Origin: Calditrichales bacterium
GTDB lineage: Bacteria; Calditrichota; Calditrichia; Calditrichales; J004
Assembly (NCBI GenBank): GCA_965267575.1
Contig: OZ254086.1
Coordinates: 4,640,001 to 4,704,000 of the forward strand
DNA: 64,000 nt
Reading direction: 5' to 3'
Shown: in pieces, positions 1 to 10,762 of the stretch
Numbering within the stretch: position 1 is the stretch's first letter
Layout of the letters: every line of letters starts with the position of its first letter
The notes under the pieces: generated by a model
Databases searched by the model: none
What the model was told of the DNA's origin: nothing
What the model saw: only the letters and a program-made list of their open reading frames with translations
Program-made: the position numbers and the translations under genes

Positions 1-518
1 TATAATTCTTCTGTCAAATTTCCGGCATATAAAACGGGTGGACTTTGGGTATCAAAATATAAATCGTACGTAACGTTGTCTCCGTCCGAATCTGTAGACT
101 CCAGCCAAGTTAAAATTATGCTTATTTCCTGATATTCTGATTTGTTTTGAGGTGAAACCAATTGCGGTTTTTTGGGAGGGCTGTTCCCGAGCATAATGCC
201 TAAACGAATATCCGCATTCGCCGTTTTCCCCTCTTGAACACTTACATTAACGTTGCCCGAGGGAAAACCGCTTTTCGTTGCGGTAACAAGATATTCGCCT
301 GGTTCTACATCATCAATTGAGTAGCTTCCATCACTGGACGTAGAAACTGAATTCGTCGCCGGAAATGTCGTGACTAGAGCGCCGCTTACGAACACATCTC
401 CTGATTCATCGGATACTTTCCCACTAATTTTAGCTTCAGACGGTTCAGGGTCGGTACTCTTGCTGCATTGAAAAGCAATTATTAAACAGAACGTAAATAG
501 AACTAATCCCCTTCTCAT
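1..518 (-). CDS. Lipoprotein with carboxypeptidase-regulatory-like domain and FN3-like segment (partial, runs off window start)
   Basis: Not in ORF track. Manual translation from ATG at 518: MRRGLVLFTFCLIIAFQCSKSTDPEPSEAKISGKVSDESG...SSDGSYSIDDVEPGEYLVTATKSGF...DSDGDNVTYDLYF; lipobox-like Cys; G-rich RBS upstream. Confidence 0.75.
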   Translation of the reverse strand, partial: MRRGLVLFTFCLIIAFQCSKSTDPEPSEAKISGKVSDESGDVFVSGALVTTFPATNSVSTSSDGSYSIDDVEPGEYLVTATKSGFPSGNVNVSVQEGKTANADIRLGIMLGNSPPKKPQLVSPQNKSEYQEISIILTWLESTDSDGDNVTYDLYFDTQSPPVLYAGNLTEEL

Positions 519-642
519 AACACCCCCAAACAAATGCTAACATGATAAAGGCTATTCGAAATTGTTAAATTAAAAATAGAGACTATTTTTCAAGCAGATA
601 ACTACCCGCAAGGATAGTTTTATACAATATGATATATCAGGT

Positions 643-1254
643 TTATAGATTACTTTTTTTACGGGTGAGCAACTCCGGCAGGCTCGATACGTGCAGCTTA
701 TTATAGATATTCTTTATGTGAAACTTGACCGTGGATTTAGCAATAAACAGCTCATTGGCGATTGTTTGGTAGCTTTTGCCCTGCTCAAGTTTCGATAAAA
801 CCTGTTCTTCCCTGTCCGTAAGCGGATCGTGCTTTTCGCTTTTAAAAGAATCAGTAATCTTGCGGGCGATGGTCATACTCATTGGTGCGCCACCGCTTTT
901 TATCTCTGTTAATGCGTCAATAAGTTTCTTTTCATCAACATTTTTTAAAAGATAGCCCGACGCGCCATTTCTAAGTGAATCAAATACCATGTCATTATCT
1001 TCATGGATGGTAAGCATCATTATCTCGCTATTTGGCAAACGCCTTTTTATTTCTGTCGCACCCAAAACACCGGACATACCGGGCAACGCAATATCAAGCA
1101 AAACTACATCCGGGTGTAACCGCTCCAACTCGGTAAATGAGTCTTCGCAATTTGTATAGGTACCCAGACAGCGAAACCGCGGATTGTTTTCAATCAGGGC
1201 CGCAAGACTTTGGGCATAATCAATATCATCTTCAATGATGCAAACGGAGGTCAT
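643..1254 (-). CDS. NarL/LuxR-family response regulator
   Basis: REC domain (IIEDD, VLLDIALPGMSG, GYLLK) plus LuxR HTH (LTDREEQVL...TVKFHIKNIYNKLHV). Confidence 0.95.
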   Translation of the reverse strand: MTSVCIIEDDIDYAQSLAALIENNPRFRCLGTYTNCEDSFTELERLHPDVVLLDIALPGMSGVLGATEIKRRLPNSEIMMLTIHEDNDMVFDSLRNGASGYLLKNVDEKKLIDALTEIKSGGAPMSMTIARKITDSFKSEKHDPLTDREEQVLSKLEQGKSYQTIANELFIAKSTVKFHIKNIYNKLHVSSLPELLTRKKSNL

Positions 1255-1318
1255 AATAAAATCGCCAAATATTTAATGTTAATAGTTAGCGAGGGCCTTT
1301 TGAAAAAGATACTCTCCC

Positions 1319-4306
1319 TCAGGGTAGTTTTAGAATAAGGATTATCGTGCTGCCGAAACCCGGTTTGGCCTTAATTTCAAAGTGCGCTCCAATTAGTCGT
1401 GCTCTCTCACGCATATGATTGAGGCCATTGGAATAATAAAGAGCGTCGGGATCAAAACCTTCACCGTCATCACAAAGGGTGAATGTAATTTGATGCTTTT
1501 CTTCCAGCTGAACGCTTAAAACTACATTCTTCGCAGTTTGCGCGTGTTTCAGGATATTATGCAATCCTTCCTTAAAAATACGAGAGATTTCCTGTCTTTG
1601 CTGTAAGCTAAGCTTGACCTGTTCCATTTTGGGGTCAAGACCGTAGATCTGAAAAGCGATTTCCTTATCCTCAAACAATTGATCGCTAAAGCTTTTTAAA
1701 TAAACCGCCAAATCATAAACGCTGTCTTTGTGCGGATCCAGCTCCCAAATAAAGCCGCGAACATCGTTAAACAACTCATCAGCATTATCGATGATTTTTT
1801 CAATTATTTCCTTTTGCTGGTCACTCCCTTTTTCAGACTTAAGCAATTGACTTTGAAGCTTTACGCGTGTCACGCGGTGACTCAATTCATCATGGAAGTC
1901 GTCGGCTATCTTTTTTTGTATACGCTCTTTCTCTTTCAAAATCATGCTTTGCAAAGCGAGCGCTTTACGAACCCGGAGACGATGAATGACCTCACCTGTT
2001 AAGGCCAACCCGGCCAGGCAAACGCCCAAAAACCACCAGCTTTTCCAAAATGGGCCGCGGATAGAAACGGGTACTACAGCCACGCTACTCCATGCACTGC
2101 CCGATGCTGATTTAACTTTAAACTCATAATCACCCGGTTCGATATCCTTATACACGGCCTCTCTACAGCCGCTGCAATGCTGCCAATCATTATCAAAACC
2201 CTCTAACATCCAGGCATAATGGACCTTATCCGGATTTTCATATTGAAAGCCATGAAAGCCGAATGTTAATACATTATCATAATGTGAAAAACGGAGTTCA
2301 CTCTTTTTATTAAGCGGTTGAGACAAAGCTATTTTCTTATTGTGAATTTTAACATATGTAATCCGTGATTCAGGTGGTTTGCTGTACTGGAAGTTGTCTT
2401 TGCCAATAGACACCAGGCCACCTGTTCCTCCAAAATAAATCAAGCTATCGTTAAGCTTTAATGAAGCACCAAGATTGAATTCTATTTTGGGGAAATCATC
2501 AGGATAGGAGAAATTTTCTATACTCATAGATTTTGTGTCAATTCGCGACAATCCCTTGTCGGTACTTATCCAAAGAATATTGTTCTGAAATCCTTTTTCA
2601 GTGGCATAAATGATATTGCCGCTGAGTCCCTGGCTTCTACCTATATGAGTAATCCCGCCGTTTGCATCGAGGCAATTAAGGCCGCCGCCATAAGTTCCGA
2701 TCCACAGGCAGCCAGCAACGGAATCGGGCAGAACATGTAAAATCGTATTACTTGCCAGCTTTGCCGCAGAATTATAGTTGAACGAAAAGACAACAGATTC
2801 TTTTGTGCGAGGATTGTATTTAATCAATCCGCGTCCCCATGTGCCCAGCCACAAATTTTTGTGACTATCTTTAGCAATGGTTACTATCCAACCTCTAAGG
2901 TCTGGAATGCCAGCGGATAACAAGGAGACTGTTTCGAGAACAGGTTCGCTTTTTTTCAAAGAAAGTCTTAGCAGCCCATTGCCGTTTGTGCCTATCCACA
3001 TAGTTGAGTCATCGTGAATCATCGAGTATATATTAATTTTGTCCCGCGGCTTAAAGTTTGCATTGACCGGCTGGCAAACGTTTGTTCTTAGGTCTAATTT
3101 ATACAGGCCATGATACATAGTAGCCACCCAAACAATAGAGTCCGCACAAGCGAGAACACGAATAGTTTTGTTATTAAGATTGTTAATTGAAAAGCGCCTG
3201 AATGAACCACCCTCCAAATCTATATATGTGATACCATGATTCGTTCCAACATGCACATTACCTTCGATTTCAAATAACTCCCAGATCTCTGTTGAAGGCT
3301 TTGAAATTTGTCTAAAGCCGAGCTGCCAATTGCTAAATTTAATTAGTCCATTATCCTTAATGCCTGCCCAAACAACCCCTGAGCGGTCCTGAAAAAGTGA
3401 GAGGATTACATCGTTTCCCAACTCATTGGTATCAAAACGAGTATGTTCGCTCAGGCTAATTCTTTGGTCGGCGGACGCAGTTATGTTATATACGAGCAGA
3501 CCACCGCCATCCGTACCAACCCAAAATTTCCCGTTTTTGTCTTCCAACAAAACCAATACCAGAAGAGGATCGACTTCCAGGCTCCTTATTTTGCCCTTGA
3601 GTAAATCCAGCTCAAAAACCCCACCGCCTGTTGTACCGACATAAGCTTTACCGGGAAAATGCTTTGAAGGTATTATATTTCGAACCGGCCAGTTAATATT
3701 TTCATCGAGTGGTCTGCTTTCGAGATTGCTATCCAGCCTAATCAAACCATTTTCCTCGGTACCAACCCAGATACCGGAAGTATCTGATAACAAGCAGTTG
3801 ATCTTTATCTCTTCAGATAATACAGTTTGCGTCGTTTCTCCGGTTGTCTTCATCAAGCCCAGGCCAATTGTCCCAAGAAGCTTCTCACCACTTGGCAAAA
3901 CCTCAATTGCAGTGACAGGCACATCACGCTTCAAAATTAATCTTTGTAATTCATCGCTGTACGGATTCAGAATGGTGACATGACGCTCCGATCCTATCCA
4001 TAGAACCCCGTCGTTATCCTGATTAATATTAACCAGCACATTATGACTGAGAGAATTCGGATTGCCTGGCTCAAAGAAGTAAGGTTGAATGTCTATTCCG
4101 TCGTAACGGTTAAGTCCATTCAAGGTAGCAATCCATAAATAGCCGGTGGAGTCCTGGAAAATATCAGTAACTGTGTTGTTGGAAAGACCATCCTGAGTGG
4201 TGATACGATCGGCAATGGTAAACTGGCTCCACAGCGGTTTAAAATTCAGTGTCACCAGAAAAATAGCAAGGCAACATATTCGTATGGTCGAAATAGTACT
4301 TGCCAT
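1319..4306 (-). CDS. Sensor histidine kinase with periplasmic beta-propeller (Reg_prop) repeats, Y_Y_Y domain and HisKA_3/HATPase
   Basis: Signal peptide, GLSNNTV/LWIGT repeats, TM helix, IADDFHDELS H-box, DDGEGFD and GLNHMRERA motifs; adjacent to NarL-type regulator. Confidence 0.92.
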   Translation of the reverse strand: MASTISTIRICCLAIFLVTLNFKPLWSQFTIADRITTQDGLSNNTVTDIFQDSTGYLWIATLNGLNRYDGIDIQPYFFEPGNPNSLSHNVLVNINQDNDGVLWIGSERHVTILNPYSDELQRLILKRDVPVTAIEVLPSGEKLLGTIGLGLMKTTGETTQTVLSEEIKINCLLSDTSGIWVGTEENGLIRLDSNLESRPLDENINWPVRNIIPSKHFPGKAYVGTTGGGVFELDLLKGKIRSLEVDPLLVLVLLEDKNGKFWVGTDGGGLLVYNITASADQRISLSEHTRFDTNELGNDVILSLFQDRSGVVWAGIKDNGLIKFSNWQLGFRQISKPSTEIWELFEIEGNVHVGTNHGITYIDLEGGSFRRFSINNLNNKTIRVLACADSIVWVATMYHGLYKLDLRTNVCQPVNANFKPRDKINIYSMIHDDSTMWIGTNGNGLLRLSLKKSEPVLETVSLLSAGIPDLRGWIVTIAKDSHKNLWLGTWGRGLIKYNPRTKESVVFSFNYNSAAKLASNTILHVLPDSVAGCLWIGTYGGGLNCLDANGGITHIGRSQGLSGNIIYATEKGFQNNILWISTDKGLSRIDTKSMSIENFSYPDDFPKIEFNLGASLKLNDSLIYFGGTGGLVSIGKDNFQYSKPPESRITYVKIHNKKIALSQPLNKKSELRFSHYDNVLTFGFHGFQYENPDKVHYAWMLEGFDNDWQHCSGCREAVYKDIEPGDYEFKVKSASGSAWSSVAVVPVSIRGPFWKSWWFLGVCLAGLALTGEVIHRLRVRKALALQSMILKEKERIQKKIADDFHDELSHRVTRVKLQSQLLKSEKGSDQQKEIIEKIIDNADELFNDVRGFIWELDPHKDSVYDLAVYLKSFSDQLFEDKEIAFQIYGLDPKMEQVKLSLQQRQEISRIFKEGLHNILKHAQTAKNVVLSVQLEEKHQITFTLCDDGEGFDPDALYYSNGLNHMRERARLIGAHFEIKAKPGFGSTIILILKLP

Positions 4307-4598
4307 GGCCTAAAGGCTTAAGAGGTTATATAGTAAGGTCGTTTGCAGAAGATATAAAAGCAAAAAGACGATTGAAAGAGTAAAAATGAAATGTGCACTC
4401 CAACTAAGCGTTGTCACAGACCAGTATTGATATTTTCGGCAGACAAGAATTTCGGTTTGCTCTTTTAGCCTACTTGTATTTCGCGACCAATCCAAATGGC
4501 GAACAAATCATTGGACGAGTCCCAGCGTGGGAAGAGTACTCGTGCCCCTAAAACAGCTTTCTTGCCGCTGCTAGTATCGGAAGTTCTTGACCCGCTTA

Positions 4599-7500
4599 TC
4601 AAGCTTTTTGTGGCGGTTTGCTGATTTGTTGGTTCTTTTTTGATTTGCGCTCTTCCAGCCACCTGTAAATTAAGGGCAATACCACCAGCGTAAGCAGCGT
4701 AGATGTAAAAACGCCGCCGATGACCACGGTGGCCAACGGGCGCTGTACTTCGGCACCCACTCCGGTGGAGATGGCCATGGGGATAAAGCCTGCCGCATCG
4801 GTAATAGCTGTTGCCAGCACCGGTCGCAGGCGCTGTTTGGCAGCCAAGACCACCGCTTGTCCGATCTGCACTCCCTCCCTGCTAAATTTACGGATGGCCG
4901 AAACCAGTACCTGACCATTGAGTACAGCAATCCCGCTGAGGGCAATAAAGCCCACCGCCGCGCTGACACTAAAAGGAATACCACGCAGCCACAGAGCCAT
5001 GACACCGCCGATGGCCGCAAAGGGAATCCCCGTATAAATAATCAGCACGTCCCTCCAGCGGCGCAGGCTGAAATAGAGCAGCAGAAAAATAAGCGCCAGT
5101 GTCAGCGGTATCACCAGGGCAAAGCGCTCGCGCGAGCGAATTAAATGTTCGAACTGCCCGCTCCATTCGATCACATAACCGGGTGGTAACTCAATTTCCT
5201 CGTTGATGCGCTGCTGCGCTTCTCTAACAAAGGAGGCTACATCGCGGTCACGCACGTTACACTGTACTTTTATCAGGCGTCGCCCCCACTCGCGGTTTAT
5301 GGTAGAGGGGCCTTCAGTTTCACGCACATCGGTCAGCATGCGCAGAGGCAGCAGCGCGCCGTTCTCTCCGGGAATCAGCGTGTTTGCCAGCGCTTCAGGA
5401 TCGCTACGCTGTGCATCGGGCAGGCGCACGGCAAGCGGAAAACGCCGCTGTCCTTCAAAGATATCACCCACGCGCCGCGTGCCTACTGCTTCAATCACAT
5501 CCAGCACATCGCGCGCCGCTATGCCGTGACGCTCTATCTTTTGCCGGTCCACTTCAACCTGCAATGTGGGCTGCCCGGTGATCTGCTCGCCGGAGATGTC
5601 CGCGGAACCCTCAATATCCAGTAAAATACGTTGAATATCATCGCTCAGGCGCACCAGTTCCTCAAAGTCATCTCCGAATATTTTAATACCCACATCGGAG
5701 CGGATGCCGGCCACCATTTCATTCAGGCGCATTTCAATCGGCTGTGTGAAAACCATGTTCAGTCCCGGCAGGTCACCCAGCACCTGCTCCATCTTTCTAA
5801 CCAGCTCCTCCTGAGAGTCGGCCTGCTTCCATTGATCGCGCGGGTGCAGCGCGATGAAGATATCGGTCAGCTCGGTGCCCATCGGGTCGGTTGCTACCTC
5901 GGCGCTGCCAACACGGCTCCAGATGTTTCTTATTTCATCTGGAAAGTTTTCCAGGAGCAGCTGCTCGATCAGGGTATTGTAGCTCACCGACTCACTCACG
6001 TCGACGCCGGCCAGCCTGATGGTGTTAATAACGATAGCCCCTTCTTTGAGCTGCGGAACGAATTCGCCACCGAGCCGCCCGCTTAAAAATATGGTCAATA
6101 ACAGCATCACCGCCACGCCGGTAAAAACGTAATTCCTGCGCCGCATAATACGCTCCAACAGCCGGGAGTAGCCGGAATCAATGGCTTGCATTAAACGCGA
6201 TTTGTTTTCACGAATACGTGCCGGCAAGACGTAGTAGGATAAAATCGGGTTCAGTACAATGGCAACTAACATGGCGCCAAGCATGGCAAAAATAAAGGTG
6301 AGCGCCATGGGCCGGAACATCTTACCCTCGATGCTTTCCAGCGTAAGGATAGGGACAAACACCAGCAAAATAATGCCCATGCCGAAGACGATGGGTCTCA
6401 GCACATCCTTACTGGAGGAAAGGATGGTAGCCAGGCGCTCCTTTTTGCTTAAAGGGCGACCCAGTTCTTTTTGCTTTTCGGCCATGCCGCGCATGTTGCT
6501 TTCGGTCATCACCACCGAGCCGTCGACGATGATGCCAAAATCAATGGCACCCAGGCTAAGCAGGCTGGCGGCAATGGAAAATTCGTACATGCCCAAAAAG
6601 GCAAACAGCATCGCCATCGGGATGGTGATGGCCACCAGCAGTCCCGCGCGCAGGTTACCCAGCAGCAGGAAAAGAACCAACACAACCAGGATGGCGCCGA
6701 TGACCAGGTTGTGCGTCACTGTGGAAATCACCTCATCCACGAGTTCAATGCGATCATAAACCACTTCCAGGATAACATCATCCGGTAAAGAAGCCTTTAC
6801 CGCCAGCAGACGTTCACGCAGTTCTTCGGTCACTTCCTTGCTGTTTTCGCCCATCAACATAAAACCGAGACCGAGCACGACTTCGCCTTCACCCTGTGCG
6901 CTTACCACACCGCGCCGGATTTCGTGTCCGATATTCACGTTGGCCACATCACGGACTCGCACAGGGATACTTTTCTCGGCTTTGATTACGATGTTTTCTA
7001 TTTGCTCGACCGTTGAAACCCGGCCGATCCCGTGAACCAGCAATGCCTCGCCCGATGTGACGACCTGGCCGCCGCCGACGTTATGGTTGTTCTCTTCCAG
7101 GGCACTGAAGATGTCATTAAAGGTCAGCCCGTATTCCACCAGTTTTTCTGGTGCTACAATGACATGGTACTGTTTTTCAAATCCGCCCCAGGAGTTGATT
7201 TCGGCCACGCCGGCGACTTTGCGCAGCTCCGGTTTTACTACCCAGTCGTGTAGAGTGCGCAGCTCGTCAAGCGTGCGTTCTGGGTTGTCAGAGCGGACCA
7301 GGTAGTGGAAAACCTCGCCCAGCCCCGTGGAGATCGGCCCCAGTTGCGGGCGTTCGATACCTTGCGGAAGTTCCACGCTGCCCAGCCGTTCCAATATCAG
7401 TTGGCGCGCATCATAAATATGAGTGTCATCATCAAAAGTGGCCACGATTTGCGAGAAACCGAACTTGGAGACCGAGCGGACATTGGTAAGTCCCGGTAAA

Positions 7501-7724
7501 CCGGAAATGGCCAGTTCCACCGGCAGGGTAATCTGCTGCTCGATTTCGGCAGGGTTCAGCGCCGGGGCGTTGGTGTTTACCTGCACTTGCACCGGCGTCG
7601 TATCCGGGAAGGCGTCCACCGACGTCATAAACATGGCGCGCAGGCCAAAACCCAGGCCAACCGCAAACAACACAATAACCAGCAGCCTGTTATTCAAACA
7701 AAAATCAATCAACTTATTAAGCAT
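4599..7724 (-). CDS. czcA: CusA/CzcA-family heavy-metal RND efflux permease
   Basis: DAFPDTTPVQVQV, GAIDFGIIVDGSVV, RLRPVL, GAEVQRPLATVVIGG; 1041 aa. Confidence 0.95.
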   Translation of the reverse strand: MLNKLIDFCLNNRLLVIVLFAVGLGFGLRAMFMTSVDAFPDTTPVQVQVNTNAPALNPAEIEQQITLPVELAISGLPGLTNVRSVSKFGFSQIVATFDDDTHIYDARQLILERLGSVELPQGIERPQLGPISTGLGEVFHYLVRSDNPERTLDELRTLHDWVVKPELRKVAGVAEINSWGGFEKQYHVIVAPEKLVEYGLTFNDIFSALEENNHNVGGGQVVTSGEALLVHGIGRVSTVEQIENIVIKAEKSIPVRVRDVANVNIGHEIRRGVVSAQGEGEVVLGLGFMLMGENSKEVTEELRERLLAVKASLPDDVILEVVYDRIELVDEVISTVTHNLVIGAILVVLVLFLLLGNLRAGLLVAITIPMAMLFAFLGMYEFSIAASLLSLGAIDFGIIVDGSVVMTESNMRGMAEKQKELGRPLSKKERLATILSSSKDVLRPIVFGMGIILLVFVPILTLESIEGKMFRPMALTFIFAMLGAMLVAIVLNPILSYYVLPARIRENKSRLMQAIDSGYSRLLERIMRRRNYVFTGVAVMLLLTIFLSGRLGGEFVPQLKEGAIVINTIRLAGVDVSESVSYNTLIEQLLLENFPDEIRNIWSRVGSAEVATDPMGTELTDIFIALHPRDQWKQADSQEELVRKMEQVLGDLPGLNMVFTQPIEMRLNEMVAGIRSDVGIKIFGDDFEELVRLSDDIQRILLDIEGSADISGEQITGQPTLQVEVDRQKIERHGIAARDVLDVIEAVGTRRVGDIFEGQRRFPLAVRLPDAQRSDPEALANTLIPGENGALLPLRMLTDVRETEGPSTINREWGRRLIKVQCNVRDRDVASFVREAQQRINEEIELPPGYVIEWSGQFEHLIRSRERFALVIPLTLALIFLLLYFSLRRWRDVLIIYTGIPFAAIGGVMALWLRGIPFSVSAAVGFIALSGIAVLNGQVLVSAIRKFSREGVQIGQAVVLAAKQRLRPVLATAITDAAGFIPMAISTGVGAEVQRPLATVVIGGVFTSTLLTLVVLPLIYRWLEERKSKKNQQISKPPQKA

Positions 7725-7755
7725 ATCAAAATCCTGTTATCTTGCCGTTCTTCCC

Positions 7756-9333
7756 TTATTCATCCACACAACCGGCGCCAAGGCGCGCCTTGAGAAACTC
7801 TGATTTCACCGTAAAACTGTGTTCCGCTACGACCAGGTCTTCCTTTGAAAGGCCGTCTATGATTTCCGCGTATTTACCGTTCTTTGCACCCATGTGGACT
7901 CTGCGCACTTCATACAGATCATCCTCTACTTTGGTAAAAACAAACTCCGCGCGATCGGGACCAAAGCGATGCAGCGATTCCACCGGTACATACAAGCCGG
8001 CCGCAAGGCGTTTTGAATCTATCCGCACCTCCCCGAACATGCCGTGCTTCAATCGGTTATCCGGGTTGGGGACAACGGCGCGACCTTTCAGCATGCGTGT
8101 CTGCGGGTCGATACCGGACGATACCCAGGTGATTTTCCCGTGGACGCGTGTGCCGGGCAAAATATCAAACAGCGCTTCGACAGAATCACCCACGGAAACA
8201 TGCGCGCTACGGTCTTCGGGAATGGAGAGTTCCAGCCACATGCTGGAAAGATCGGCGATGGTGAAAGCAATTGCTCCGGGCCCGATAGTCTCGCCAACAA
8301 CGGCCTGCCGCTCGATCAATGTGCCGGAGAAAGGGGCGCGGACAAATAGCTTTGATGTGGTAGATCGCGTCTCGGCGATGCGTTCGATATCCGCACTACT
8401 GAAACCGTAATTGAGTAGCCGCTGGTAGGTGGCGGCCGCGTTGCTTTTGGCCAGTTCGTACTCGGTGGCAGCAATATCGTAATCACCCTTTGATGCAATC
8501 TTTTCTTGAATGAGCTCTTTTTTGCGCTCAAAGGCTGTCTTTTTCAAAGCTTCGTTGGCGCGGGCAACCAGGTAAGCGCTCTTGGCTTCAGCAATCTCCG
8601 GTGAAAGCACTTCCAACAACACCTGGCCCTTTTGGACCATGTCGCCAACATCCGCAAGCACACTCTGGATGACCCCGCCGGCCAAAGGCGTAACCCGCGC
8701 AAAAGCATTCTGGTTATAGGTCACGCGGCAGAGCAGCGAAAGCTCCGCAAGCCCTTCGCCCGGAACCGGATTGGTAAGACCGATACCTGCTTTCTGCGCC
8801 GATTGTGTTGTGGCGAAACGGATCTTCAAACCCTGGCCCGGCTGCAGTTCATCGGCAAGCTCCGGGTGGCAGATGCCGCACTCACTTTCCGAGACATCGT
8901 GTTCAAGGCACCACAAATCAGCATGCGCCAGTCCTTTATCGCTATGCTCACCACTGGCAGTGGTTTCTTCAATGGGTGCCGCCTTCTTCTCCTTCAATTC
9001 CGGATGACAAAAGATGCACTCATCTTCATACAAGTTATGCTCCTTGCACCACAGGCGGCTTTCGTCCTTTATCTCCGGGTGGCACAAAAAGCAGCGGTCT
9101 TCATAACGATTGTGCTCCTTACACCATAAACGGTCGGGGTCGCGCAGAGCGGGATCGCACATGAAGCAATCTTCCACGGGAAGATCATGGGTCGCACACA
9201 ATTCACCCTGTACGACAGCCTGTGCTTCACTATGGTTCTCTTCCGAAGGCGTATTGCTGCATGCACTAAGTACAAAACTCGCGATGAGCGTTGCCAATAT
9301 TGCAGCCGGCGATGATGTTTGTAATTTTTTCAT
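7756..9333 (-). CDS. czcB: CzcB-like RND periplasmic adaptor lipoprotein with N-terminal Cys/His repeats
   Basis: Lipobox LSAC; VRAPFSGTLIER, IADLSSMWLE, IDPQTR, LKHGMFG; four CxxH-x6-CxxC(H/D)P repeats. Confidence 0.9.
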   Translation of the reverse strand: MKKLQTSSPAAILATLIASFVLSACSNTPSEENHSEAQAVVQGELCATHDLPVEDCFMCDPALRDPDRLWCKEHNRYEDRCFLCHPEIKDESRLWCKEHNLYEDECIFCHPELKEKKAAPIEETTASGEHSDKGLAHADLWCLEHDVSESECGICHPELADELQPGQGLKIRFATTQSAQKAGIGLTNPVPGEGLAELSLLCRVTYNQNAFARVTPLAGGVIQSVLADVGDMVQKGQVLLEVLSPEIAEAKSAYLVARANEALKKTAFERKKELIQEKIASKGDYDIAATEYELAKSNAAATYQRLLNYGFSSADIERIAETRSTTSKLFVRAPFSGTLIERQAVVGETIGPGAIAFTIADLSSMWLELSIPEDRSAHVSVGDSVEALFDILPGTRVHGKITWVSSGIDPQTRMLKGRAVVPNPDNRLKHGMFGEVRIDSKRLAAGLYVPVESLHRFGPDRAEFVFTKVEDDLYEVRRVHMGAKNGKYAEIIDGLSKEDLVVAEHSFTVKSEFLKARLGAGCVDE

Positions 9334-9358
9334 CGTTTAAACTCCACGATTTAACAAA

Positions 9359-10633
9359 TTAATTTATAAGGGTCACAGCACCGGCTTTTTCCAGCGCGGC
9401 CAAGGCCGTGTAATAACGGGCTAGGGCGTCAATGTAACTTTGCCTGACCTCGATCAGCGTTTTCTGTGCTTCAAGCAGCTGGAGGTAGCCCACCTCGCCC
9501 TGCTCGTAGCTGCGCAAGGCGATCCGGTAGACCTCGTCGGCCTGCTGCAGCAGGGTAGCGCGAAAATTTTCAAGCTGCTTTTTGGCGGCGTGAAAATGGG
9601 CGTAAGCTTCGTCGATTTCGGTCAGCAGTTTCAGGCGTTCCGCGCTGTGCAGGTTTTTCTGTATGGCCAGCGTGGCGCCCGCCTGCTGAATTTCCCCGCG
9701 CTGCCGGAATACAAACCACAGCGGGATTTGCAGGCCAATTTCAGCACCATAAAAATCGGGATCACCGCCAATGTTCTGACGGAACAGGGAAACCTTGAAA
9801 TCAGGCAAAAGTGATCCCCAGGCCAGGTTGCGCGAGATACCGGCAGCATCTACCCACAGCTGCGATTCCAATAGCAGCGGATGGTTGTTTCGGGCATGCT
9901 GGCGGACCTCCTGCAGCGAAACATCCACCGGCTGGTAACGCAATGAATCGGCAACAATTAGTCCCGATTGTGCTGTATGCCCAAGCGTACTATTGAGACG
10001 CGCAGCAGCAGCCTTGAGCGCGCTTTGTTTTTCCTGCAGCTGGTTTTGGGCTTGCGCCAGTTCCACGCCGGCACGCACCGCTTCTATGGCAGGGGCTTCA
10101 CCCACACGGCGCCGGATTTCAACTTTGTCCACAAATTGCCGGGCCAGTTCAACACGTTCACGGGCCAACACTAATCCGTCCCGGGCGGCGAGATAATCGT
10201 AGTAGCCACGAATAACTTCGGCTCGCAACTCCAGTCGGCTTTCGTCAAAGTGCTTTTCACTGATCTGCACGTTGCGGTTGGCCAGGCGATTACGCCAATA
10301 CATGTTCAGCGGAAATTCCGCTTCCTGCGAAAAGGCGATCTTGCGGCTGCCGAATTTGTCCAGGCCTTCGCCTTCGGGAATGCCCTCCCACTCCACGGAA
10401 ATTTCGGGATTGGCAAACCACCATGTTGTCCAGCCGCGGCCTCTGGCGGCATCAATTTCACCGCCCGCGGCTTTAAGGCCGGGGTTGTTTTGTTCTGCAA
10501 ACGATAAGGCTGTTTGCAAGGTCAGCTGTATCGCTTCCTGCGCCATGGCAGAGTTCGCCACGATACAAGAAAACAGAATCAGCCGGACCGCTATCCTGCG
10601 TAGTTGCACGATAACATCTCCTTGATTCATCAT
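9359..10633 (-). CDS. czcC: TolC/CzcC-family outer membrane efflux protein
   Basis: Signal peptide, AEQNNPGL, GLQIPLW, YEQGEVGYLQLLEAQ; upstream of czcB/czcA. Confidence 0.9.
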   Translation of the reverse strand: MMNQGDVIVQLRRIAVRLILFSCIVANSAMAQEAIQLTLQTALSFAEQNNPGLKAAGGEIDAARGRGWTTWWFANPEISVEWEGIPEGEGLDKFGSRKIAFSQEAEFPLNMYWRNRLANRNVQISEKHFDESRLELRAEVIRGYYDYLAARDGLVLARERVELARQFVDKVEIRRRVGEAPAIEAVRAGVELAQAQNQLQEKQSALKAAAARLNSTLGHTAQSGLIVADSLRYQPVDVSLQEVRQHARNNHPLLLESQLWVDAAGISRNLAWGSLLPDFKVSLFRQNIGGDPDFYGAEIGLQIPLWFVFRQRGEIQQAGATLAIQKNLHSAERLKLLTEIDEAYAHFHAAKKQLENFRATLLQQADEVYRIALRSYEQGEVGYLQLLEAQKTLIEVRQSYIDALARYYTALAALEKAGAVTLIN

Positions 10634-10762
10634 GTTCTGTAAAACTGAAGATTGTTTTGTTTATAAAATGCAACGGAGAAAAGCAGACTGAACCTAAGGG
10701 ACGTACTTTTCCCGGGTTGAATTGCAGCAAGGCTTACTTCCGATGCAAAAAGGGATTGGCGT

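Noticed and set aside
4310..4662. Short ORFs between czcA and the histidine kinase
   Set aside because: No RBS or recognisable motif; region looks like a junction and promoter
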